Shown here: positions 36,331 to 49,243 of the stretch, in pieces | Layout: the number at the start of each line of letters is the position of its first letter | Numbering within the stretch: the stretch's first letter is position 1 | NCBI RefSeq assembly: GCF_022539665.2 | Contig: NC_081331.1 | Coordinates: forward strand, 4,216,001 to 4,280,000 | Length of the DNA stretch: 64,000 nucleotides | Direction: 5' to 3' | DNA from: Daphnia carinata | Lineage: Eukaryota | Notes under the pieces: model-generated | Told to the model about the DNA's origin: nothing | What the model saw: only the letters and a program-made list of their open reading frames with translations | Databases searched by the model: none | Position numbers and translations under genes: made by a program

Positions 36331-39300
36331 TCACTTTTGTTTTTTTGTCAGTGCTTCTATGATTAGGTCTTTTTCAGCTATTTGACGTCGTAAATCCTCG
36401 ATAATGGACCAAAGTTCATCTTTGCTGAAATGGCTCGTTGCTGATGCGGCAGTTTTGGAAGTAGGTGAATTGGAGTCGAGATAGGATATGATTTCTTCAG
36501 CAGACGGGCGTAATTCACGGTCACGCGAGATCATTTTCGTCACTAACATTGCCTAAAATAATAAATTAATTCGTTGATAAACGATTGAGAATATGAGTCT
36601 GGCGAAGTAAAATGACGCATTTAAAATCACCATTTTAGGCCATTTACGTTTCACTTCTTCTGATATTTCACAACGCGCTCGTAAATTTTCAATTGTCTTG
36701 TATCGTTCCATGTCCGTTTCGAAAGGGTTGAGCAATTCTAGGAGAACGATGCCCAGGCTATATATGTCGCTCTGCAATATCGAAAGTTTTGCACGTTTAT
36801 ATATTGTGTGATCATACACGATTTTTCTTTCTCACCTTGGCGTAAGATTCTCGACTGGTTAGTTGTTCTGGTGCTAAAAACAAATGTTTAAAAAATGAAG
36901 AAAGATTACAGAAGGTTGTAGAGAATCACTACCCCGTTTTCCCAAATTTTTCTTTTAACGAGTATAAAACAAAAAAATGCCGAAAAAAATCGCCCGACAT
37001 CAAGTCGTACCTACCAGCATATGTATGAGTTCCGACTCCCCGGGTGGCAGCGCGTGTTCCAACTAGTTGAGTATTAGAAAAATTATAGTTAGATAGTAAA
37101 AACACGAAAAACTGAAAACTAACAATCGAACCTGGTCTAGCTGTTGATAAAGCGCTTCCATTGGGTTCATTTGTGAATCCTAGTACTGCAAGCCCAAAAT
37201 CTCCAATTAACACCTGATTAGCTTCTGCATCGACAAATATGTTTTCCGGCTTCGACAACAGACAAGGGTTACGGTTAATGTGGTAAAAGGAAAATAATGT
37301 TAGATTTGGTATTTTACGCTGTCAAATTTTCGCACCATACCTTAATGTCCCGATGAATGATATTATTGTGATGTATGTAGTTTATTCCTTGTACTAATCG
37401 GCGGAAGATAGATAGCTCGAGGTCAATGCTATCGAGCGTGTTTTTTCGTTGGTTACGATCGTTCAGCCAATGTCGTAAAGTTTGTGGGCATAATTGCATC
37501 TGAATATAGAGTAACATGGCAGCAGATGAGAATACTCGGTCGTAAAGCAAGCTGCTGCTCAGAATGACACTTCCCTTGCCCACCTCGCGATGGCTTTGAT
37601 AACACCGCGAGGATGAATTGGTTTGTGTTTCAATTTTCTCCGCAACGATTCCATCACCTTTGAATAGAAATGCAAATACATAAATTTTCATCAAGCACCT
37701 GTGTCTTATTGGCTTACCGGTACGGCAGTCCACTCGACGTGTGCTACCAGTTCTTCCATAATTATACGAATAGGATGAACTGATAGATGTGGCTCTATGT
37801 TGAGAAGAAATACTTCAATCGCCGACATGTTTAAGCACTTTGCTGGAAAAGCGAGGCAAGACATGTATGAAAATAGTATGCGTCTACTTACTGTAAAGTT
37901 TGTGATGGATGACTATCCCGTGGGGACAGATTGGTTGGAGTTTCGCTTTCAAAAATAATACTGTCACCTAAGATATAGTATTAAAACTTATTCATTGACT
38001 AATTAACAGAGTGCTCAAATATTACTGCTGGAAGAATCTATTGGGTATGAGCTCAGAGCTATGTCGTGAGATTGGGATGAGCTGCTGATGTTTAGCGAGG
38101 ACGATAGTCGACCGTCTTGGGAAGAAATATCCATATGTCGAAGAATCTCACTGAATATGATACATGGAAATGATAAGTAAGCTGTTGAATTGAGAACGGG
38201 GGTATGAAAAACAATTACGTACCTTAATGTCTGTGGAGGACAATATTCCAACCATGCACTTTTATATGCCACTATATTTGGGTGATGGAGTTGAGACAAA
38301 AGATGCACTTCACGTAAAACTTTGGTAGCAGATCTCGGCCTAGAAAACAAAAAAAAAGTGGAATTCTTCATTAAGTGGAATATGTAGAAGCAACAAAAAA
38401 AGTTACAATAATGATTCAAAAAAAAAAAGGATCGAAACAATATCGAACCCGATTAGAATTTTTTTTACTGCATATTCCATGTTATCAAGAAAGTTATGAG
38501 CTTTGTAGACAACACCAAAACCTCCAGCTGCTATGAATTCCCTTTCTTTGAAATCCAGTTGATAGCGCGACGTAAACAGATGTTCGCTGCCATCGATTGA
38601 ACTCCTAGACATATAGGATTTTATAGTGTACAGCACTGCCAGGAAGAAAAGCAAAAAAGAAAAATTGTTAGAATGTAGCAAATTGTTACCAAATGCTCCC
38701 AGCAAGGGGGGATGAGTTAGCAACAGCCAAAGGGCCAGCTGTTGTAGGTGTTTGACTACTTGTGGCCAGCTGATGCTTTGCTAGGTAAAACAGTTTGTTT
38801 AAGTCAGAAGATATTTTTAACCTGACTCCATCCATTCCTGGAAAACCAGTGCTTCGAGGTAGGAGACGAAATGTAATGAAGTAACTTCGCAATGCTAAAA
38901 ATGAAAGCAAACAAAAAACCTAGGATGAGTTTAATTAGGTTAAACTATTTTGGTTCCTGAACTCACCATCATACAGCTCTTTTTGTTTTGCTGAATCTGT
39001 TTCGTACATGGCACACATTCTTTCTAACATACATTCTATAAGTAAAACATGTGGAAGCTGATGACGGACGCTAGTTGCAAGACTAGTAGATCCTTCTGCT
39101 ACTCCTGAAGATGTAAAAGTGAGTGTATTTCTGTCATTGTTTGTTTGTTTAGTTTTTCGTGTAAGTTGAACATCTAGGGCTCCCATTAGTCACCCCACTT
39201 TAATATACATTTCATATCTGACCTCCATCTAGGGTTGTTATGGGCACAGGTAGGAAACTCATGTTTCCTCTAAATTTTCGCCGTTGATGAAATGGGAAAG

Positions 39301-39337
39301 GCTTTGCGCTGCTATCTTTCAGATAAGGATTTCCCAT
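36331..39337 (-). CDS. EIF2AK1: eIF2-alpha kinase 1 (heme-regulated inhibitor, HRI)-like
   Basis: HRI-type N-terminal domain (LLIECMLERMCAMYE), TSRYQLDF, GGFGVVYKA, YAVKKI, kinase insert, LYIQMQLC, HRDIKPEN, GDFGLA, GVGTHTYAAPEQL and a C-terminal coiled coil. Alternative in-frame ATG at 39262. Confidence 0.88.
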
Positions 39338-40744
39338 AATGGCAATTTACACCGACACCAATCAAGAATAGCAGCACAAGCACATAATGTGTGGCGACTT
39401 CAAATCAATGTTAGACTTTATTTCTTTACGTTCATTACATCTACTTTTGTGGAGAAATACAAAATGCATCAACACTTGGACTTTGCAGCATGCTTGTTTT
39501 GACTTTACATTTCGAGCAGCAGACCTCGCGATTCCGACGGCACTGCCACATCTGTAAAAGTTTAAACAAAGAAATTAAATCAAAATCTAATTCTAATTTT
39601 TAACCTGACTAACTATTAAAATGAATAAAGCCAAAAAATCTTGATGAAAATTTTCTTAAATTCAAAAGTTTATGAATTTTTGCCACGCAGCACAATGAAC
39701 ATAAAACAGTTGTTAAAGCGGTAGCAGTGTTTGAATTCGAAAAGGGCGCCATAAAAATGGGACTAGCAAAAGGGAACCCATACGTACAAGACGATCCATT
39801 TATTTTCCGTAGATGATCGCGTTTTATGTGACACTTCAAGATCAACATTTTTTAATATACGTGAAATTAAGTGTTAAACATTGCGTACATGTAGTTGAAA
39901 AGTGCATGCATGAAACATTCAGTTACAGACTTATTCCGTGAGTTAACGTTAAACTATCTTTCCCCATCTGTTTGGCCTTGAACCTTTTAACTTTGTTATT
40001 CCTACACTTGGATCATTATTAGTGAATGCCATTAACTTTTAAATTAGCAGCCATAGGTTGTCACACTTTTAAGGATGTTCTTGAATTCGATATGGTTGTG
40101 GTGGTAACAAATAATGGTGCTTGCAATCTATGCAAACCTGAAACAAATGAGGATCTATTTTACTCTGCCATATTGGAACACGAGGTCAAAGTGTTGGACT
40201 GACATTCGTTTGTTTCAGGCTAGCCGACCAATCGGCATATGAATACTATTTTGGGCGGCAATTAGTCAGTAGTTGTCCTTTCTTTGGCGTAACAGGTCGT
40301 TTCGTTCCTAGTGTCTCACGTTTCTGAGTGTGCCAAATAGGTAAGCCTTCCTATCCTTGCCATGTATTGTGGTGTACTTTTCGTTGATCAATTTAAGGAA
40401 AACTGCCAGTTAAGTTAAAATTGATCTCTTTTGGTGAATTTCGAAGTATTGTGGCCAATGAAACCGTGAATTGCTAAATGACATGATAGTTTCCAAGTAA
40501 AACAACCGTAAGCTACAATCTTACATTTTAGAAGCTAACATGCTTATCCCCAAGAGGCTTTACGTGAAATTGCTATTTTTATGGTTGTTTCCATTTGCTT
40601 TGTAGTATTCTGGCTGGAAAGGCAAATTTGTAAGGTCTTGATGATATCATTTAAGTCCAAATTTAGTGTTCATTCTGTATTTAAATTATCTTTCTGCAGG
40701 CTTGCCTATGGCTTTCAGCAACCAATACACCAAGTCAAAGTAAT

Positions 40745-43700
40745 ATGGAGAAAACATTCTTTGGGTTCCCACAACCCAAGTTTATGACAAAAAAACCTCG
40801 CCAGGAAAAGAGCAATGGGCCTGATTTACCATTTATCACTTGTGTGGTTAGTTCATCACCACAAAATCCTTCTTACTCGGAAACTCTGAAACCTGATGCA
40901 GGATTAGAAGAGTCTACTCCTCAAGAAGCTATATTTAGCTCCCATGTCCCCAGTATCTTTCAGCATCCTTTCAATTCGCCCACTGTATCTGGTGCAAATC
41001 AACCTTTTTCGCCTTCAAGCCTTCCCGCCGAATTTCCTTTTACCTCAAGAAGGAAACCACCAAAAACCTTTGTTACCAAACCTGTATTTCCTGTTTCACC
41101 TGTAGTGGCTTCATCGCCAAGTACACCATCACAACCGGCAAGTTTGGTTTCCAACAGTGACGTAGAAAAACCTGTTATCCATAGGCAACAATTGAACGCT
41201 TCGCTTCCGAGTTTTTTCCATCGTACGTCTTCAGAGTGTGTTTTTACACCGAAACGAAATCAAATCAAAGTCGAAATAAACCTTGAAGATCCTTCCCCAA
41301 TACCATCTCCCACTTCGTATGCTGAGGGCAATACTAGGCGTTTCAACACAAAATCACTTTTTGGCGGAGGTGGCTTTTCACGCGTGACAGGCGTGAACTC
41401 TGAGGTACAGCATGGTTAATGAAAAAAATATTTTTTTTGCAATAATTTTCATAGCCTTCTGAATACTATATTTCTAAGATTAATTATTGCATTCTTTTCC
41501 AGGAATTATCTACTGAAACTGGCGAACAACGGGCTGAACATGAAAATGCTGCAGCAAAAGAGTTCGAGGTTTCTGAGCACTCAAGCTTCTACCGGTTGCC
41601 GTTCCGTGATAGGATGAATGGGGAAAAATATGTTGAGGAAGGTAATTATTTATATTTGACCTGTTAGAATCAGATGAAGTTCTTTGTCTATTGTCATAGA
41701 AAGTATAGGTAAAATATTTGTCTTCTCCAGAACAAACGAAAACCAAGACGAACTGGGTAGATGCAACAAAATCTGACGAACGCAAAACTTCATTTGAAAG
41801 TAAATTACAAGCATTTACTAGCCAATTGCTAGCAGCTGCTGAGGAGGCACAGTCAACTGTCAAAGCCGAAAATGAATTCTTAAAAAAAGAATTAACCAGA
41901 GCACAAAAACACATTGTTAATTTGGAAGCGCAGTTTGATCAGTTGGAAAGAAACCAATCAGAGGTATGCTTGTCTTGTTCTAAAATCTTGCGCATACTAG
42001 AAAGGTGAAAAATTTTCTTTGTAATTTAAAGGCTATAAAGAAAGCCAATCATTTGTCGGTAGAGAAAGAGACTCTTAGGGACCATCTTCGAAATTTGCAA
42101 GAACAATTATCTGCTACCGAGGAAGAACTTGGGAAGAAACAAGGCCAATATGAAGAGATGGGTTTACAGTTAGCAGATAAGGAGCGACGCCTGAATGTGA
42201 CCCTAGATAACATCAAATCACTTGAGGAACTGACGCGTTCATCGGATGAACGCGTTTGCGAGCTGCAAACCCAACTGCAACTGGTTTTGACCGATCGGAC
42301 AGCTGTAATTGTCCCCCTTCAATTTAATTTGGTTAACAGGGATTACATGTATATTTTTTTTTAGGCGGATGAGAAAATTGTGACAATGTCTGAACTAGTA
42401 GATAGCCTCCGTGAGAATATTGTTGCATTGGAATTAGCGATGTCCGATGCCGAAAAAAAATTCCAATCAACCCTGAGTGGTTATCAAGACCAACAAGAGA
42501 AACTTAAAAAAGAAATCACCTTTTATCAAGAAACTGTATCTGCCTTAAACGACACCCGTAAAGAATATGACACCGTAAAAGGCGAACTTGGAAGCTGTAG
42601 AGAAGAATTGTCGAAGGTAAGCGTGCAAGGATTCAACAGCCCTTGGATTTTTGCTAAGGTTTTTTTTTCTGATTCCAGATAAAAGCAGATTCACAAGCGG
42701 GCTTGGAAGAGAATTTCAAACTTAAAGAACGTCTTGATTGTCTCAGTGAACAATACGCGACTTGTGAGCAATCTTCACGCGTAGCACAAGAAAACATCTC
42801 TACGTTGGAGAGAACAATCAGTAGTCAACACGATGAGATTCAACAGCTTAACCAGCGTTTGGAAACTTCTTCTACTGAGCTCACTAATGTATGCCATTTG
42901 TCTGATTGTAAAATATTCGATTTTTACTCTTCATATTGCCTTATTTAGAGCAGGGAGGAAGTGACAAACCTTTCGAAAGAACTCGAAACGTTGCGTCGTC
43001 AGACTTTCTCGTGGCAAAATCGTTTGAGTGCCTCCGAAGAAAAATTTCAGCTTGAGTTAACCAAAACGCAACAAGAGCTCAGTTGCGAAAGATTAGCACA
43101 CAGTGAAACTAATGTATCCGTCATGGCAGTTTTCATTGAAACCAGAAATATCGTGGAAACTCAAATAAAGGAGTTGGAAGGCAGTGCAATCGTGGCTGAA
43201 TGCGAAAACGATGCAATGAAGAAAGAACCTGACGGCGAAAGGGAGGCAGTTGCCGAGGAAAAACTCTGTTGGGAACTATGCAAAGATCACCTGGAAGCAT
43301 CCCTTCGTCTACTTTCAGCCGAATTGTGCAAGGTAATTTTTTTCTTGAATTTTCTTTAGCAGAACTGTAGCATTAATGTCATTTTCAGGTTCGGAGTACT
43401 ATAAAGACATTAAGTAATGAAAACGATTCGCTTAAATGTCAAGTGAATGGATTGCAAGAAAATATAAATGTCTCGAAATGCCAAATCGAATCATCTAAGC
43501 GAGAATTGCAAAACGAAAGAGTGTCGCATAATGAAACGAAATCCAGCTGGAAACAATGCAAGGATGAACTGCAAAATGAGAAAAAAGAACATTCGATTAA
43601 TTTGTTGAAAGTAAGTGCAGATTGTGCTTCCAATTTTGTGGAAAACCTTATCTGAAGTTATTGTGTTAGATTCAGAATACCTTGCACGTATTGAGCGGTC

Positions 43701-46700
43701 AAAAAGCTTCACTCGAAGCTCAAGTGAATAACCTAGAAGAAAATGTAATTGCAGCTGAACGCCAAAATGAAACAATCAAACAAGAATTGAGTAGTGAAAG
43801 AAACGCCCATCATGAAACAAAATCTAACTGGAAACTTTGCAAAGAGCAATTAGAAGATGAACAGCGTCAACATTCCCTTGATCTTTCTAGGGTTAGTATT
43901 TTTTTAATTTTATTATTTGGTTTGCTCTTCCCAGTCTAAAATTCGTCATGTTTAGCTTCAGAGTGCATTGCAGACTATGAGCGATCAAAAGAAGTTTGTA
44001 GACGCCCAAGTAACAGATTTGCAAAGTAATTTGGTTACAAAAGGCCGAAATCATGAATCGATTCGCGACAAGAACCTTTCACTTGAGCGTCAGCTGGAAT
44101 TTGCTGCAATAGAAATATCCACGGTTAGTATAACTACTATACCAACCTTTGATATTTGTCATAATTACCTAACATCTTGTTTATAGCTTAGGGCTGAAAT
44201 TCAAGAGCATTCTAACAGAAATCGTGACATCCAAGCACTGCTTGACGATATCCGAATGAAATCAGCATTGTCAGAAGAAAGCCTTCACGCAGACCTGAGT
44301 AAATGCCGCAAGGAACTGGATTCCCAGCAAGAATTGCAACGTGAGACTACGCGAAATTTGACGGAAACTCAGTTTAAGCTCCGCACTACAGAAGATATTT
44401 GCAACCAAGTTATGCTGGAACGTACCAATGTAATACTGGTGTAATTTAGAAATGGTTTTCCCATGCGTTTTAAAATGTGCGTTTCTATTGTAGCTTCAGT
44501 CTGATGTAGCTCATCTTGCAAAAGGTAAATTGGAGAACGAAGAAACGATCAAGCACTTGAAAGTGAAAATAGCTGCCCTGGAGAAAAACGTTGATACTGT
44601 AACAGCAAGTGATGCCTCACTAAACCAGACTTTAGACGTTTATGAAGACTTTATAAAAGCAGCCCATCAAAAATGCCAATTGATGTTTGCAGAATACTTA
44701 GAGGTAAATTGGATGCAAACCCTAGTTTCACTACAAAATCATCGTACACAGCAATAAGTTAACTTAATTTTTTTTTAGGCTGCGCTAAATGCCAAAGAAC
44801 TCACAGTTGAAATGAAAACATTGAATGAGAATTTTGAAACCATTTCAAAAAATGCCGAGAATGTTGACGAAGATTTGAAGAATTTCAATATTTCTTTTGA
44901 GAAGTTCCTTGCGTTGGAAACGATTTCTTCCCGAGAGATCCAGAATCGTCTAGTAACTGCAAATTCCCGACTTGCTGCATCGGATGAAGCACTCGAGAAG
45001 GCAGCAAACGAAAAGTCGTTGGTAAATATTTACACATATTTTTTTTTAAATTTTGTTGATGCATGAAATAAAGACATACCACGAAATTCCTAGCTAGAAA
45101 ACGCGATCAGCTTGGCTTCAGCTGAAAAACTTGAACTTGAAAAACAACTCGAAGTGGCCAGAGAAAATTCGCTAGCTTCAGAAGCGATTCTCAAACAACT
45201 TCACAACCGAAACAGTGCTCTAGAAGAAATGAAAACATCCTTGGATCAACAGATCGTGGATCTTGAAGAACGTGTCCGCTCGGTAGAGGCTGAACTGGTA
45301 GTTGCAACACCATCACTTATGTTTTTGATCCTAATCTGAAAGATTTTTTCCTTTCAAAGGCAAATGGAAAAGTCCGAGATCTGCAAAATGATAAAATAGA
45401 ATTAGAAGCTAAACTGGAGTCGCTTCATGATCAGTTGCAGACTTCACACTACAAATGTGAAAATGCAGTTGGAGTGTTGATTGCAGAAAAAGAGCAGCTT
45501 GCGGAAAAGGTCAAAACACTCACAGAAACCGCTACAAACTGGAAATCGTCAAACGAGAAATTCTGCGCTCGAAACTCAGCCCTAAAGAGTTCGCTTATAG
45601 CTTCAGGTCAGCAGATATCGGATCTCCATCAACGTATTAATACATTAGATACCGAACTAATCCTGGTAAGACGAAGTGCTGTTGTTTAGTTAAATGTTTG
45701 CAGTGATTGTTAATCCGAATATTTCAATTAAAGTCGAATGAAAAAATCAGAGATCTGGCAGTAGAAAAAACAAACCTAGAATCTCAACTGGGATCGCTTC
45801 GCCATCAATTGAAAGAGTCCCGAGAAAAATTCAACCGAGATCTGGAAAAATTGCGGCATCAGCTAGAAACCGAAAAAGCTTCCCATGAAAATTGCAAGTC
45901 GCGCCTTGCCACCATCTCCACTAGTCATCAGAAATCCATAAAGTTGACGGACGAGAAGAAACAGAAATGCCTCAAGGTATACATTTGTCAAGTAGATATA
46001 ATTGCATCGTGCCCTATCACATGAGAAACAGTATTTATGCACTTTGAATTTCTGGTTCAAGGTCGCGGTGGAATTAAATCAGAGAACGTTGGACGATAAG
46101 GATTTAAATGATCTGAAGAAAAAAGCTCCATCACCACCGTTAGCAGTTACTACGACGAACGAAAAATTTCAGAGGCGTCCGTTAAGCGACCATCATCAGC
46201 AATTAGAGAGAGGCAAAGAGTCCAAAAAAAATAAGGCTATCTGTGGTACTCCCTTAATGAATCGCAGCCCCACAAATCGTTCCAGAGATACCGTAAACAA
46301 TTCGACTAAGGTAAAGATTTCACAAAATTCCGTGTTAGTTTGATTTTACTAGCAGCTTCTACAGCAATTACTTTAATCACCAAACAAAATGTGATAGTTA
46401 AAACGGCCATTGTATGAGCTTGTTATGATTAAACCGTTATTTTCAATTCCTTTTTAACCCAGTGGTTTCCCTTTGCTCAGATTACAGATGTCGACAAACG
46501 TGACAGTAGACAAAACCACGAAGTACATGCATCGGTGACAGTTATTGAGGAATCTCCTCCTGCAGCTATTCGAAAGGTATGTTTCTTGTATAATGATCTC
46601 GGGTTTATCGTTTTAAACTATGGATTATTACAATTTTAACATTTAGACACGACCTCGGCGCGCTGTGGTTGTTGCCAATCGAAGCTTTCCTATCCAGTTG

Positions 46701-47275
46701 GAACACGAGGTTAGTTTTCATTCACTTTTCATATGACTTCTAAAGGCTCTATTCTTTTTTTTATCGTTAAAATATGGATTTTTCTAGTCGCCTAGCAGTT
46801 GCGACAGCAATGGACAAAGGGGAACCAAGAAACCCGATGAGATTTCATCATTTCGTGAACGTCGAAAGGTACAATTCTCTTTTATGCTATAATTAGTTGT
46901 GAAGAACATGTCTATTTAAAAACGGCTATTTAAAAAAGAGTATATTGTAATCTTTCAGTTATTTCTCACGCCGTCTCCTGGCCCCTCGCGTTCACCAACA
47001 CAGGTACAGTGCCTGATTGCCTTTCTAAGACAAAACCAATCAAATATTATAAAATTTTCTTAACTTGTCAATAGAATTCAAGATCAGTTAACACTACACC
47101 TGCAAAGGCTGACAAAGAGGAATTGTCAGATCACGACGTCAGTGCATCGTCAACAACAAAGCCGTTCGCACCTGTCAGTAAGACTTACGCACGCAAACGT
47201 TTGTCAATGACAGCTCGTCTAGTCTCCGCCAACACGGCCTCGGCTCAACCCTCCAAGAAACCTCGCAGTAAGTGA
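40745..47275 (+). CDS. Large coiled-coil protein (roughly 1,500-1,650 aa, >20 exons) with Ser/Pro-rich head and basic tail; family not recognised
   Basis: A chain of in-frame exons with mostly phase-0 GT-AG introns and E/K/L/Q-rich heptad sequence. The tail has SP/TP sites, RRKLF and KTYARKR. Confidence 0.85.
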
Positions 47276-49243
47276 AATTTCTTTTTATTTGCTTGCGTGT
47301 TGCTATCTATAAATCCGCCTTGGCATAGGAGCGACAAAATGATTAGGCGGTGTGTTCTTTTTTCCGACAAGAGGGACTTGGCACTGTGCCAAGAAACGAA
47401 AATTTATTGCCATCCATTTGTTTCTTTTTCGAACTACTTTTTCTCATTTTTTTTTTCCTGCTGTCATGTTCTTCAATGAACAAACGACGAGCGGATTTTA
47501 TTGCGTTACCCCTATTAGCGATCGTTTTCTTTTCTTTGGTTTTACCCGGAAAACAATACAGTTTTTGCGTTGATTTTCTTGGGTTCGTGACGATATCGGT
47601 TTTGCGGATGGCAATCCATTTTTATTTTTTGATCGAGGGCACTTTTTAAAAAAATTGAAATCAACTACGTTCCGCTCTTATTGTGTAGAGTGTATTCCTG
47701 TTATTAGAAGGTAATGCATAAATTAATGGAGAGGGTACCAGATTGGTCGGACATTTTGGGGCAGGGGAAATAGATGGCCACAGGCCATACCTTACATTAC
47801 ACTATAGATCTAATCTTTGTAAGACCAATTGGGAGAAAATGGGAAAAGTGGAAAAGATATAGAAAATGCAACATATCTTTGATAACAATAGTTGAGCACG
47901 GCACCAGATATGGCCTTGCACACTGGTCATTCTGCGAGAGTTTGTTTTTGAAAAAATCCCGACCGATAATACAAGCAACAACAAACGAAGGGAAGGGGTG
48001 AAAAAAAAAAACTTCGATCAAGAAAGAATAGGCGATCCGTCAACTGCAAGGCAACACACACACACACGTTAATAGATTAACATTAACTGCACTCGCTGAC
48101 GTTGCTACAGTATAAAATATCCGAATGCTGGAATGACCAAGAAGCGTAAGGCGCTGTCTGGAGAAATGATCCGATCAATAAAACAACAAAAAAAGAAACA
48201 TGTCGAAAGTGTGTGAAAAAGTTGAAGGAAAGATGGAAGAGGTTTGTAGGAGGGGGGGGGGGTGGTTGGGTATCGTCAAAGTCGGGTGCTATTTACAGCG
48301 AACTAGAGTCAAGTCTCAAGATCCTGGGGCGGCGTAAGTCAACGTTGGCAAAGTTTTGTAAAGTTCTTGGTTTTGATTTTTCTTCTTTTCGCATCTTGAC
48401 GTGATGACAAAAATTGCAAGACAAAGCGCACAAGTTTGATGTCCTCGTACTTTTCCTTTCGTATAAATAAAACAAGTCCGGGGTGAGAGCGTCAGTGTGT
48501 CATAACAAAAGCGATTACAATCAAGAGAATCAGATTCTACCACAGACCAGCTGGATGTCGTCCTCCTCCTGTCATTCTTTTTCTTTTTTATCCAACAAAA
48601 AAAAAAAAAAAAAAAAAAAAAAAACAAAGGCCGTCTTTCAGTCCCGTCTCGTCAAATTCGTAAAAAGAAAAAAAAAAGTCGAGAAAAAAAATATTGCTTC
48701 GTTGAGCTTCTGTCATTTTTGTAGTTTTTTGTATTTTATGAATTTTTAAAATTTTTAAGTTTCATGTCAAAGAGATGGTCGTTGTTTTTTTTTTCTTTTT
48801 TCGTCAGATTGTAAATTAGATATAATAATTATCGTCTTCGTAGTATGAGCGTTGTTTTTTTTTTTGTTTGTTTCTCTTTTACTCTGTGTCGTCTGACGTG
48901 TGTTGGCAACGTTTGACTCCGACACCCAAAATCGGAGCGTCTCGTGATGGGGCGTTTGAGGGAGGGAGAGTCGGGGGTTTGGGATGGGGGAGAAAAGAAT
49001 AAATAAAACAAGGTTACAATAGATAGAGTGGGATGGGGGGGGGGAGAGCTAGGGAGGACTCGGCTGGAACAACAGTCTCATCATCAGCAGGGGAGTTTTG
49101 TTGTTATAATGATAAAATAAAAGATGGTATAGAAGGAGGTGGAAATTGTTTTTTTTTTTAGAAATTGAAAATCTGTTCCATCCGCATGGAACAGGGAACG
49201 GTGAAAAAGAACCCTTTTAACTCTCGTTTTTTTTTTTTTTTTT

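Noticed and set aside
43114..43121. GTATCCGT possible minor-intron donor in the coiled-coil gene
   Set aside because: It mismatches the consensus, the frame reads through and no U12 branch site follows.
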